A DNA stretch of 64,000 bases, from contig NC_068988.1 of assembly GCF_001194135.2 (NCBI RefSeq), positions 38,738,649 to 38,802,648 on the forward strand. The letters are read 5' to 3'. The stretch comes from Octopus bimaculoides. Its lineage: Eukaryota. Position numbers and translations under genes: made by a program. Below the pieces are notes generated by a model that saw only the letters and a list, made by a program, of their open reading frames with translations, had not been told where the DNA came from and ran no database searches. Positions within the stretch are counted from its first letter, which is position 1; every line of letters begins with the position of its first letter. Shown piece by piece: positions 1-12,202 of the stretch.

Positions 1-32
1 ATACACACATACACATACACACAGACAGACAT

Positions 33-190
33 ATATGATGGGTTTCTTTCAGTTTATGTCTACCAAATCCTCTCACCAGGCTTTGATCAGCCTGAGGCTA
101 TAGTAAAAGACACTTGCCCAAGGTGTCACACAGTAGAACTTTACTAGGAACAGTGTGGTTGCGAAGCAAGCTTCTTACCACACAGGCATG
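33..190 (-). mobile_element. SINE family A, first half only
   Basis: Reverse complement of the family A head/CORE/body (ttaccacacaggcatg ... ctaccaaatcc ... ctttcagttt), running into a CA/TA microsatellite. Confidence 0.75.
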
Positions 191-436
191 TCTGCGTCTA
201 TATATTTGCTCAGATTCTTTTTATATTTTTTTTTGCTTCTGTTTAGAGGGTCATGAAATAAAGAATTCTTCATTTATGCTAGTTTCTTCAGCAGATCATT
301 TGGTTTGTTGTAGCTTTAGTTTCTCCAACCAATTTCACACCATCTCTTGCCATTCACTCCTTATGGTTGATATGAGCAAGAATACTTGTTAGAATAAGTT
401 CCTTGGGCATTGTCTTTCTTTTGTTTTTGAGTAAAG

Positions 437-853
437 AGACAGGCATGGCTGTGTGGTAAAGATGTTTGCTTCCTGACCATGTGCTTTTGGGTTCAGTCTC
501 ATTACTTGGTACCTTAGGCATGTGTCTTCTACTATGGCCCTGGGTCGACCAAAGCCTTGTCAGTGGATTTGGTAGACAGCAACTGAAAGAAGCCCATCAT
601 ACCCCTCGTATGCACACACAGATATATATGTATATTTATATGTATGTACTTGCATTGTGTTTGCCCCCACCTACTGCTTCACAACTGGTGTTGGTTTATT
701 TATATCCCTGTAACTTAGCTATTCAGCAAAAGAGGCCAACAGAGTAAGTACCATGCTCAAAAAATAAGTACTGGGGTCAATTTGTTTAACTAAACCCTTC
801 AAAATGTGAACCCAAAATGGCTGCAGTCCAATGATTGAAACAAGTAAAAGATC
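437..853 (+). mobile_element. SINE family A, full bipartite copy
   Basis: tRNA-like head (ggcatggctgtgtggtaa ... ggttcagtc), CORE-like ggtaccttaggcatgtgtcttctactat, central TA/CA microsatellite, second half ending aaacaagtaaaaga; same layout at 30310, 36995 and 49040. Confidence 0.85.
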
Positions 854-1600
854 AAACCCTCTACTTCATTGATTACATATTTATAATTTTGTCTTCCAGT
901 TGTGAGAATTTTGCTTTAACATATCAGAGCCAATGTTTATCCATTCTTGATTTCTTTAACACATCCTGATTTCTCCATTTGCAAATTTCTATTCATTCAT
1001 TTATTTATTCATTTAGTTATTTTGGTCGGTGATGGTCCATACCGACTCTCAGCTGCCTGGTTGCCATGTCGTTTAGGTTCTTCAACATCTTGTAACTAAT
1101 TGTGTATGTCTGTCTTCTCTGCTTAGTTACCATTGTCATAGTGTCATAGAGAGTTATTGGCAGATGAATAACTAGCTAAACTGACTGCCAACAGATGGTG
1201 TCTACTTCAGCATTTCTTCGCTTGTCTACAAATGGCATATGCGATATCTTCATTGTCAATTCACTGATTCACTGTAACTCAAACAAAACATATGGTATTC
1301 TGTTACTAGTATTGGTAAATTATTGCTAACTTTCTACTTGTCCTCAGCTCATCACAAAGCTAATATGGTATCCATTGTATTGGGATATATTTATTAGATG
1401 TGTGTATTGTAACTGTAGGCATCTATTTATGAGAACGAAGTTTTAGTGAAGACTGTATTCAGCTATCGAACACCATGCTACAGCCTGACCTTTTAGTGAT
1501 ATGCAGTTGGGTGGATTTGTGGGGTCTCTGTTTTATCTGTGAAATTACACACACATATACTCTCTCACACACACACACACACGTGTATATATGCATGTAC

Positions 1601-1652
<52 letters not shown>

Positions 1653-2201
1653 NNNNNNNNNNNNNNNNNNNNNNNNNNNNNNNNNNNNNNNNNNNNNNNN
1701 NNNNNNNNNNNNNNNNNNNNNNNNNNNNNNNNNNNNNNNNNNNNNNNNNNNNNNNNNNNNNNNNNNNNNNNNNNNNNNNNNNNNNNNNNNNNNNNNNNNN
1801 NNNNNNNNNNNNNNNNNNNNNNNNNNNNNNNNNNNNNNNNNNNNNNNNNNNNNNNNNNNNNNNNNNNNNNNNNNNNNNNNNNNNNNNNNNNNNNNNNNNN
1901 NNNNNNNNNNNNNNNNNNNNNNNNNNNNNNNNNNNNNNNNNNNNNNNNNNNNNNNNNNNNNNNNNNNNNNNNNNNNNNNNNNNNNNNNNNNNNNNNNNNN
2001 NNNNNNNNNNNNNNNNNNNNNNNNNNNNNNNNNNNNNNNNNNNNNNNNNNNNNNNNNNNNNNNNNNNNNNNNNNNNNNNNNNNNNNNNNNNNNNNNNNNN
2101 NNNNNNNNNNNNNNNNNNNNNNNNNNNNNNNNNNNNNNNNNNNNNNNNNNNNNNNNNNNNNNNNNNNNNNNNNNNNNNNNNNNNNNNNNNNNNNNNNNNN
2201 N
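1653..2201. other. Assembly gap
   Basis: N run flanked by (TA)n. Confidence 1.
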
Positions 2202-2359
2202 ATATATAATACAAACATGCACACCCATATACAGATATATTCATTTACACATGTGTGTAGGAATATGCAAGTGTACGTGTGTGTATGGGCATTAAAGGTT
2301 GCCATACAATATGACCTCTAAGATTCAGTTGTTCAAATGTATGTTTCTGCAGATAGCAT

Positions 2360-2398
<39 letters not shown>

Positions 2399-2504
2399 CA
2401 CTCATATCTCATCAGTTGGAATGCTGTTATCTTGGCTGCCAAACATTTGTCTTCTCTTCATTTCAGATATTTTGGGCTGGAATTCTTTCTTTATCTTTAT
2501 GATT

Positions 2505-2728
2505 TCACTAGAACCAGTGAAGGAGCCTCTATGTGATTGCTTGACCTGCTAGAAAATAACTGCAAAGTGTCCTTCAAATCTCAAACTACTGTTTTCAATT
2601 GCAGGAGAAGATACATAGTATGTAGTCCGAGATACACGTATGAAAGCTAGAATGGTAATGGCTAGATTGTCTTTGATCATAGGACTACTTGATTATGGTT
2701 TACTCAGAGGCTAAATAACAATAATAAT
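2505..2728 (+). repeat. Dispersed repeat family E (probable SINE remnant)
   Basis: Core gcttgacctgctagaaaata ... tttgatcatagg ... ggctaaataacaataat recurs at about 11230, 32560-32915, 45950, 60560-60790 and 61770. Confidence 0.6.
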
Positions 2729-2925
2729 AGCGTGTAAATATTGTGTTGAAAAATCCTTCTGGATAGAATAAGTGGGATGCTCCCAATTGAACTGCTTCAT
2801 ATAAAAATGATTTCCCATTCTCTCAAAAGTTCATAATTTCTTGTGGCATCAACAATATAAGTTGTTGCTAGTAAGAGTAGTTTCGAAAAATGGATAGAGA
2901 AATTTGAAGTACTATCGAATTAAAT

Positions 2926-3393
2926 TCGACGACTGGCACCCATGCCAACATCGTCTCCTTCATTGGAAATGAAACTCGGCTTGCAAAGACCTGTTGGGGC
3001 AAGCGAAAGCGAAACCGTCATGGCACCTGTGCCCAGTGCCACCTTCCTGGCACTTGTGCCGGATGGCACGTGTAAAGACATTTGAGCGAGATCGTTGCCA
3101 GTGCCGCCGAACTGGCTCCTGTGCAGGTGGCACGTAAAATACACCATTTTGAGCGTGGCCGTTGCCAGTACCGCCTGACTGGCCTTCGTGCTGGTGGCAC
3201 GTAAAAGCACCCATTACACTCTCGGAGTGATTGGCGTTAGGAAGGGCATCCAGCTGTAGAAACTCTGCCAAATCAGATTGGAGCCTGGTGTAGCCATCTG
3301 CTTTCACCAGTCCTCTGTCAAATCGTCCAACCCATGCTAGCATGGAAAGTGGATGTTAAACGACGATGATGATGATGATGATGATGATGATGA
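2926..3393 (+). mobile_element. RTE LINE 3' end (family D) with tandem sub-repeats and (GAT)n tail
   Basis: gtggcacgtaaaa/gttgccagt sub-repeats, then ggcgttaggaagggcatccagctgtag ... catgctagcatggaaag ... (gat)n. The same tail follows RTE ORF ends at 42070-42450 and 31345-31690. CpG-rich, so probably young. Confidence 0.85.
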
Positions 3394-3829
3394 AATACTA
3401 ATTTACTTTACCAGTCTCATTATTAGTGACAACTATGATGGCAGAATCTGTAGAGCACCAAACAAACTGCTTTGTGCTATTTAGTTATGCTTGTTTACAT
3501 ACACAGGGTTCAATTCCCATTTTTCTCGTAAGAATTTAATTGATAAAATAGAGTAGTGGCATAAAAAAGTTGGATTGGTCTGGCCAAATTGTCTGACCAG
3601 ACGATGCTGGTGCTGAAGACCAAAGAGCATACCAAGCTTGACTTCCTTCAATTTAAATCACTGAAAATTCAAGAGAAAGGCATGAATGTCACATCTTATA
3701 TTTGCTTCATTGCAAAAGTTCTCAAGGTTCATGATAGTATAATAAACAAATCATTTCTTTCAAATTAAAGCAGAATAAATAGTGTAATTGATAGAGTGTT
3801 GGTGCTTTACTGAGTTCAATTCTTGGCCG

Positions 3830-4150
3830 TTCTTTAACTTATTAATTTTTTTCTTTTTTCATTTCCATTTTTTTCTCTTGTTGAACTTACATCTTTTTCA
3901 TCTTTCTTCCTTCTCTTTTTTTTTCTTTCCTGTTTACCATCTCTTCTCTTTCATCGTCTCATTTTTTTTTCTCTTTCTTTTTTACCTTTTTATCCTTTTT
4001 ATTCTTTTTCCTCTATTCTCTCTCTTCACCACTTCCTCTTCCTTCCTTTTATTTCTATTTCCTTTGTTCTCTTTTTTTCCTCTCCCTTTCTCCTCCCCCA
4101 CCCTTCTCTTACCCGACTCTTATTTCCTTTCTTTTCTTTCCTCTCCTTTT
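3830..4150. repeat. Pyrimidine-rich low-complexity tract
   Basis: Roughly 320 bp of almost pure C/T; explains ORF 3788..4213. Confidence 0.85.
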
Positions 4151-4877
4151 CACAAAACAATCAATTCATGTCTATTTAAATCCAAGGACTTTAAAAAAAA
4201 AAAAACTTTTTAAAATTAGAACCTTATCAGTTTAATGGCTTCTTTATACTGGTGTGTCATGTGACTTGTGTGTATGTGTGTGCGACAGTGTGACTGCTTG
4301 CATGTGTGTCTGTGACTGTATATGACTGTGTATGTGTATCTATGTGATATTACTTTGTGAGTGTCCTTTGTGTATGTGTCCTGTGACTCTATGCATGTGT
4401 GTCCTGTGAATCTGTATGCGTTTGTATGTATATGTATGTATATGTAAAACAATTCCTCCAAGCTAATTAATTGATTTTTGTCATTGCTTATATAACAAGA
4501 ATAAGTTAAAAGTAGAAGATCAATACTTACTGGGGAGGTGGGGAGATGCTGATAGCGAACTGCGAAAATGGTACAATGTTCTGAGTGCTTTCTTTGATAC
4601 ACATTGTAATAGGTACTTTATTCTGCTTTTTGTTTAGTTATTTTACGTTGTTGTTTTTTTCTTCTTTTTTCTTCTTTCTTTTCTTACTGCTTTCTACTGT
4701 TGAAGGTGTTGGTGCAAGATTGAACTCTTAACGATCTTGTTGAATCAGAAGCTGGTAGTTGGTGATGGGGAAATTTACTTTTCAACACGAGTTGAAGTTA
4801 AGCATATTTAATATAGTGAACGTTAAATACTTAGCTTAGATAAACGTATATGGCTGAGTGAAAGATAACAGCAGCCC

Positions 4878-5145
4878 ATCATCATCATCCGTCATCATCA
4901 TCATCATCATCGTCATCATCACTTAATGTCCATTTTCCATGGTGGCATGAGTTGGATGAAATATTTGTTGAGGTGGATTTTCTACAGCTGGATGCACCTC
5001 CTGTTGCTAACCCTCGCCTGTTTCCAAGTAAAGTGACCAGACATGTTTCCATGGAAAAGATTGGAAATGAAGGACACTGCTTGTATGATGGTGACTTTCA
5101 CTTACAACTATCACATAAAGTCAAAGCAAGGTTACAGTAACAAAC
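4878..5145 (-). mobile_element. (GAT)n-tailed retroposon, variant D2
   Basis: (CAT)n then ttaatgtccattttccatg ... ggatgcacctcctgttgctaaccctc; second copy at 39555-39800. Confidence 0.7.
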
Positions 5146-5550
5146 ATACACACACACACACACACACACTCACACACACACATACATACACACACATCTT
5201 GGTCCATGTTGTTTTATTAAATTGTTTTCCCATCGTCATGGAGGACTTCCAAGTGGCCTTTTCTGGAACTCTTGGTACCACCTAGCAACTGCATGGGCCT
5301 GTCCCTTGTTTGTGAATCTTACAAAATGCCCAGCCCAGCAGAACTTGTGTTTTCAGCATTCTTTGATCCTGTTAGCTACTATGAAGAGGAGAGGAATATG
5401 AGTGGCTATGACACAAAGGGTATGGAAACATCTATGTTAGGAATATAATTTCAAGTTTTTCCAAAGTATAACATTCAAATTTGTTAAAATACATGGTTCC
5501 CTTGTTAAGCATGTGTAAAACATAACCCTCAGAATTGGTTCATTATATTG

Positions 5551-5765
5551 ATTTCAAATTTCGGCACAAGGCCAAAAATTTAGGGTGAGGGGTAAGTTGA
5601 TTACATCAACTCCAGCGTTCAACTGGGGTACTTATTTTATCAACTCTGAAAGCATGCAAAGCAGAGACAACCTCAGCAGAATTTGAACTCAGAACATAAA
5701 GACAGACGAAATGCTGCTGTGCATTTTGCCCACTGTGCTAATGATTCTGTCAGCTCACCACCTTA
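5551..5765 (-). mobile_element. SINE family B
   Basis: Reverse complement of A-box gagctgacagaatc, B-box gagttcaaattc and body ctttgcatgctttcagagttgataaaataagtacc. Confidence 0.8.
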
Positions 5766-6409
5766 AAATTGTTTCATTATATCAACGACTTTATTTATGT
5801 CCCCCCCCCCTTTTTTTTGTAAATAGTTATGGTTGTTTAAACACATTGGAACTTGTTCCATTTTATTTAATGTTCTGATTACCTTCAATGTTGTTCTATG
5901 ACAGTTAAGGTAATAAAAGTATAACACTTGAAAACATTATATGAAGCAGAAGAATATTATAGATTATTTTATTCTTTTTTGGTAAATATGGGAGACAACT
6001 CCTGACATATTTCAGATGTAACCTCTTTAGAAAAGGATAAACTGTTTCGCCTTAGTTACCTTAGTAGTGATAAGAGAACCACTAAATCAATACTACAGTA
6101 TTGTATATGAGTATGAGTAGGCTTGGACAAATTAGAGGATCATACCCAAGAAATGATTTGAACTCAGTTCTTGTAAATTAATGAAGTGCCTTTTTGTCCC
6201 ACCCTGGATCCTTGAACTGTTCTTCACTGCCAGGTCTGTTCCCTCTTTCTTTGTTTTCTTCTTTTTATTTGATGAGACATTGGGATGAGCCATTGGAAAC
6301 TTAAGTACAATGATATACCGAAACACCAATGATTATCTTTTCAGTTAGGCTAGGCTAATTGCCTGCCAAGTGGACAGTGTTGCAGTGCTAGAAGCTGATT
6401 CTTTGGAAT

Positions 6410-6665
6410 TGCTCATGACCATGATGATGATGTTGACGGTTGCAGAGCCAGCAACAACAACTACTGTGGTAGTGATGATGATAATGATGATGATAAGTGA
6501 AGATACTGATGATGGTGGTAGTGGTGTTAGTGTTGGTGGTACTGATGGTGGTGGTGGTGGTAGTGATGATGACGATGATGCTGAGTGGTGATGATAGTGG
6601 GGATGACAGTGATGATCAGTATAGTAGTGGTGGTGGTGGTGCTGCTGCTGCTGATGATGACAGCA
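6410..6665. repeat. Compound GAT/GGT/GTA trinucleotide array
   Basis: Degenerate (GAT)n/(GGT)n; source of ORFs 6345-6715. Confidence 0.9.
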
Positions 6666-6982
6666 TGGCATATAAGTTTAGTGAAATCTTGCTGATCCTC
6701 CCTTATTGCAACTGAGGCCTTGTGAGTTTAAAAAAAAAAAAAGGTGTGAAAACAGCTGTATTTTATATCTCACTCTTCTACTTAAAATTCAAAGAACATA
6801 TTGTGAGTGAGAGGTGTGAACTGTATCTATCAGACAAGTTGTTTCAGTAAAAGAGCAATGAAACAACCAGAACAAGCTTAGGCGTAAGTGTTTTTACGAT
6901 GTGAATCACTCAACATCAGAAGTCTATTCTAATTAAGTCAGTAAGAATATTTTGTTTCTTTGTTTGTTGTTGTTGTTGGCGC

Positions 6983-7372
6983 AGGCATGACTATGTGGTA
7001 AGAACTTTGTTTCCCAACCGCATGGTACTGAGAGCAGTACCATTGTATGGCACCTTAGGCAAGTGCCTTCTGTTGTAGCCCCAGGCCAACAACTAAACCC
7101 TTGTAAGTTGATTTGGTAGACAGAAACTGAAAGAAACTTGTTGTTGTGTGTGTCGTGTGCATGTGTGTGTGTGTGCGCGCGCGTACATGCATGCATTTGT
7201 GTGTGTGTGCATGCATGTGTGAAGTGACTGGCGTTAGGAAGGGTACCCAGGTGTAGAAAGCATGCCAAGGTTGACAATGTTTGGTGCTGTTCCTCTGCCT
7301 TGCCAACTCTTGTCAAACCATCCAAACCATACCAGCATGGAAAACAGATGTTAAATGATGATGATGATGATG
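6983..7372 (+). mobile_element. Family A first half joined through a TG microsatellite to an RTE (D) tail
   Basis: ggcaggcatgactatgtggtaag ... aactgaaagaa, (TG)n, then ggcgttaggaaggg ... aaatgatgatgatg. Confidence 0.75.
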
Positions 7373-7672
7373 TTTGAAAGTGGATGAGAATGATTGGTAC
7401 TGAGCTGATTTCTTAATTGATCCATTATGAAATTAGGAATTTCCAAAGTACATATTGGTTTGTTTCCAAAGTACATATTGGTTTGTTTCATTGGGAACAA
7501 GACAGCATATGTTTTGGTGAAAAGGAAGGTTGTGGTTGCTTAAGCCCCCAAGTAAAACCTCACTGAGTAGACTTCTGATTAAAGGCATTCTGCTCATGAC
7601 CATCCCATCCAATCCCATCTTTTCCTTATCTGCAGGGAACTGGGATTGCATTATCCAAAATATTTGTTTTCA

Positions 7673-7891
7673 CCCTTTTGCATTCAGATTATTCTGTCAA
7701 AGGCAATGCTTGTTTATTCACCATATTTTGTATTAATCATGCATTATCTTGAAGCTTCAAAATTTTGATTATATAATGGTTTATTTTTGAATAATATTGT
7801 AGGATAAGTGTAAGAGGCCAGATCTGGCCAGTTTGGACTTAAAACAGGCAGAATATTTGGGCAGGATATGACCAGATTAATTACTAAAGGG
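7673..7891. mobile_element. piggyBac-type MITE (family P1), degraded
   Basis: cccttttgcattcag ... actaaaggg termini with decayed TTAA (ttca/ttat); homologous to 38766-38977 and 46250-46462. Confidence 0.7.
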
Positions 7892-8032
7892 TTATGGTAG
7901 AGTATGATTTGAGGGATATCTGGCTGTTATTTTTAGCAGATTGAGTGACTGTGTAGAGGTTCACGCATTGGCTCATTCCAGGAATGTAGTGGGACATAGT
8001 GAATTTAATGCTTTTGATGAAGTATTGAGTAC

Positions 8033-8460
8033 CTTTTACTTGTTTTAGTCATTAGATTACAGCCATGCTGGGACATCTTCAAGGGTTTAATGAAACAAAT
8101 CGACCCTTGTATTTATTTGCTAAGAGACTGGTACTTATTCTATCAGTGTCTTTTGTTGAACTGCTAAATTATGGGGATAAAGAAACCAGCACTGGCTGTC
8201 TAGCAGTGTGTGGCAAGGTTAACAGTTATAAACACAAACATGCACACATGCGTAGACACATGCACATGCATGCACATGTGTGTGCGCACATTACACACAC
8301 ACACACACAATGGGCTTCTACACAGTTTCTGTTTTCCTAAATTCACTCGCGGAGCATTGGTCCATCTGGGGCTATAGTAGAAAACACTTGCTTAAGGTAC
8401 TGCAGGGTGGGACTGAACCCCAAACCACATGGTTATAAAACAAGTTTCTTCAATTAGCTG
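8033..8460 (-). mobile_element. SINE family A, full copy
   Basis: Both halves in reverse orientation with a central CA microsatellite. Confidence 0.8.
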
Positions 8461-8531
8461 GCTTTCTATTAGAGTACTGTTCACCACATACATTGGTCAG
8501 TACAGTCACAACACTTAAAATCATGCTAAAC

Positions 8532-8825
8532 CAATGGTTCTCAACCACTTTTTGCCCACGGATCCCTTTGATTATTATTTTATTCTGGTGGACCCTCATT
8601 GCCATTCAGTGTTTAAAAATTAATTACATAGAAACTTCTTTCAAAATTCCTATTTTGTTTATCATACATTCCTTCGTATAGGCTTAATTATGTAAAATGA
8701 CTGACAAAAAACCTGTTTCTTGCATTACATACATCTAGCGCAAACATTTTTCATGGACCCATAAAATGCTAGTTGTGGACCCCTAAAAATTTTATATGGA
8801 TCTCAAAGGGCCATCAGAACCACTG
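8532..8825. mobile_element. hAT (Charlie-like) MITE
   Basis: caatggttctcaacc ... agaaccactg termini; imperfect 8-bp TSD tgctaaac/tgcaagac; homologous to 34068-34397. Confidence 0.75.
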
Positions 8826-9239
8826 TGCAAGACCAATGGTTCTCTCTCAGTCAAATACCAGTCTCCTCTAAAATGCGTTTCCTTTCACCATTAATAAGAA
8901 AACAAAGTAAACCTCGCTTCCATTTAGCTCTTCAGCATGGTGTGAGACAACTTTACAGATTTAAGATTGTCTTAATTGTTTTAAAGCTGATATTTGGTCC
9001 ATCCCCTTTTTTAATCCTCTCAGCCTCATGAGAAACACTATTCTAGACCACATAAAAAAAATGCCATTCGCCTAACATATACTAAACCTAGGATAGCTCA
9101 TATCAGTACTGTTTCTTTTCTCTATTTCTTCTTCTGTAGTTTTTTTTTTTAAATATATTTACTAGAGCTTAATCAAAAGATGAAAAATTGTACCAATGAT
9201 ATTTTTATCAATCTCTGACACTATTGGAAGAAGGTGGGA

Positions 9240-9480
9240 ACGGTTCATGATATACTCTGACCTGATCCAAATACATGTCACAGAGTGGAAAGTGCTGGCG
9301 TTAAACCTGGTAATAGATTGAGTTGCCATCTAAAGGCCTCTAGTCATTTGATATACCCTAGCTAACAGTATAAATTATCCAGTCTAGTAGATCAGATACA
9401 TGTTCCTCTTTCCCTTCCATAATTCCTTGAACTTTATGAAAGGCAGCCAATGACAGATTAATTCTACTACCTATGGCCTC
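9240..9480 (-). pseudogene. Possible highly degraded non-LTR reverse transcriptase C-terminal fragment
   Basis: Minus frames give EAIGSRINLSLAAFHKVQGIMEGK and *LEAFRWQL, resembling the RI..A..AF..L / RLEAF motifs after the RT thumb; stops and shifts present. Confidence 0.35.
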
Positions 9481-10098
9481 TGCTCCATTGATGCATCTAA
9501 CTAGCAGCATACTTCACCCATCATCCAGTCTAGTACACCTGATACGCATTTCTTTTCTCTTCTCATCATCCCTACTATGTCTTACACCCAAACACTGCAA
9601 AAAAAAAAAGACCCAACAGAAAACAAAAATAAAAATTGCTTGTTCAGTGATCCCTTCCCCTAAACTGCATCAGTTTAGGATTCTTTTCCTACTTCTGTTT
9701 TTCTATAGATATCGATCTACAGAAGTTCACACTAAATGTCAACCCCATTAATCCCACTATACTCATTGTGACAACAAAGGTCATGAATGTTGCCCCTCCC
9801 CCCAACCTTAAGGTAATTAATCAAAGAAAAAATTTGAGAATTCAAAGAATTGAAGTCAACTTCCATTGCTCACTAAATAGAACCTTACTATCTGTCTTCT
9901 TGATCATAATGATCATAATGATGATGTTGATGATGATAAAGATGATGATGACAATGATGATGTTTATGATGACAATGCTGTGGTTCTGTGTCTTCTCTCC
10001 TCTTCTTTCTACTACAATGATTTCTTCTCACTGTGTGTCCATTCTTATTTCATCTCAATTGATGTACTAATCTCCCTTCTTATCCTTATTCCCCATCA

Positions 10099-10439
10099 GG
10101 TAAATCCCCCTTTCAGTCATGAATAACTATAAGATTGCACCTAGGAAGTTCCCCTCTGAGACACAACTCCTTGCAAAGTTGTTTGTGGAAAACCAGCAGT
10201 CGCCTCTGCATACCAACCTCCCTTCTCCACACCGCTGATGTTATCCAAGGGAAAGGCAAAGGCTGATACAGCTTGGCACCAGTGACATCACAACTCATTA
10301 CCACAGCTGAATGAACTGGAGCAACATGAAATAAAGTGTCTTGCTCAAGAACACAACTCACAGCCTAATCCAGGAATCGATCTCACTATCTCATGATTGT
10401 GAGCCCGATGCTCTAACCACTGAGCCATGCACCTTCACC
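10099..10439 (-). mobile_element. SINE family C (tail type 1)
   Basis: tRNA head, CORE ttgagcaagacacttt, tail gagttgtgatgtcactggtgccaagctg; 12-bp TSD tattccccatca (10087-10098 and 10443-10454). Confidence 0.85.
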
Positions 10440-10737
10440 ATATATTCCCCATCAACCATATATTCCCCATCAACCATATAGGAAAAACTCTGCCCAGTTC
10501 TTGCTTGGACATTAAAGTATCAGGAACTCTGTCCCCAAATTTTGTCTACAAGAATCAACCAACCAAAGTTAAACTGAACTAATCTCCATATTCTGAGAGA
10601 ACCTGTAATGTCTTTAGGACTTTTTGGTGGATGAGCATTAAATGGTTTAGAAAATATCTTCCTTTCTCTTTTTGCAAAAATATGCGTTTAACTGGACAAC
10701 TAATGTCTGTAGGAAGCAATAAGACAACCTCTACATC

Positions 10738-11003
10738 AGGGGTCCCCCAGTATTGACAAGCCCCGTAACCCTTTCGGGGTTGTTGGGGCACTTCAGCCAT
10801 GCAGCGTATCTAAGGGCAGAAAGCCTGGTGGAGCCCATCCCTCTCCAGGCTAAACTCATTTCTACAGTTGAGTGGACTGGAGCAATGTGAAATGAAGTGT
10901 TTTGCTCAAGAACACAATGCGTCACACTGTCCAAGAATCAAAACCACAATCTTATGCTCATAAGTCCAACAACCTAACCACCAAGCTATGCACCTCCATG
11001 ATA
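10738..11003 (-). mobile_element. SINE family C (alternative tail)
   Basis: Same head/CORE (gaaatgaagtgttttgctcaagaacacaa on +) with a different 3' tail. Confidence 0.7.
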
Positions 11004-11904
11004 CCAAGCGGCAAACTAGTACCAGGCCATGGTTCATTTGGTCCCAAGCCACACAGAAAGAATGTATTTTAAAATTTTATTTCTATTTTATCGACTGTCA
11101 CAGTCTGCAGGGTGCTTTTTGCATTATATATGTATTGTCCAAGTCATCCTTAAATTATATATTATGCACTTTATTGTGTTTTTGTTATTCACGTGATTCC
11201 CCCCAATCCATGGAACTGGGCTGTGGTTCAAAAAGTGGTTGGTAACTGCTGCTCTACAGGGTTGTTCACTCTGGTAGAAACAATAGTCAGCTCTCTCCCA
11301 AATCATATCCTACCAGCTTAAAAGAAACTGGAAGGACACATTAGGATAATTTAGTCGTTGACATGTGATGAAAGAGAAACAAAAAGAAGAAAGAGAAAAA
11401 GATATGGAATGGTCATGTCTGAACTGACTTTCTTCACGACCTGCTCCCTCATGACTGACATTAAGAGCTTGCACAACCACAACAACCATACCTGTAGAAA
11501 CTGATATTCCCTACGTTCTCTCTTCAGAGAGGTTACTGTGACATCAAAGATTTTTCAGAAGCTCTTTTGTTAAAGTATAAAATTGCTCTGAAATAAGTTG
11601 CAAAGGAATAGGTAGTACTACCTTGGCCCCTCTTGGCCCCTCTTGGCCGCTCTTCCTCGTGTACATTCTCTGTGACTAAACCTCCTCAGAATGCCAAATA
11701 AAATACCAAATCAACAATCTAACCAACCAACAAACAAAACACAGTGACTATATCATGCCTGTAGTGATCTCTTTGATATAATGATGCACTTACTGTTGCA
11801 GTGCTCATCTAACTACACAACAGTTCTGTTGCAGTATTTTATTCAACTACATTGCAGTTTTGTTCGTTTTTAAAGGTTTACAGTTGAATCACATGTTACG
11901 ATGA

Positions 11905-11927
11905 TGTCAGAAGGAATGCACCGACAC

Positions 11928-11962
<35 letters not shown>

Positions 11963-12154
11963 CTATTATTATTGTTATTATTGTTATTATTTTGCTTTCT
12001 TTCTTTCTTTCTTATGGCAGCAAGCAGGTAAATAACCAACAACAGCAATGCAGCTGCTGCTAGAATTAAAAGAAAGAAAAGAAGTAAAAAACAACAACAA
12101 CAAAACGCTGTTATCGTTGTTGTCATTGACATCGTTATCATCATCATCATCATC

Positions 12155-12202
<48 letters not shown>

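Noticed and set aside
437-520. Functional tRNA genes
   Set aside because: All tRNA-like A/B-box segments continue into SINE bodies or lack paired stems.
1459-2321. Long ORFs spanning N runs (also 20878-21407, 22318-23150, 27326-28453, 39261-39746)
   Set aside because: Open only because N codons contain no stops; the flanks are TA/CA/CCT microsatellites.
11620-11670. Collagen-like GQEGPRGAKG peptide on the minus strand
   Set aside because: Produced by a 10-bp tandem repeat (ttggcccctc x3), not a Gly-X-Y domain.
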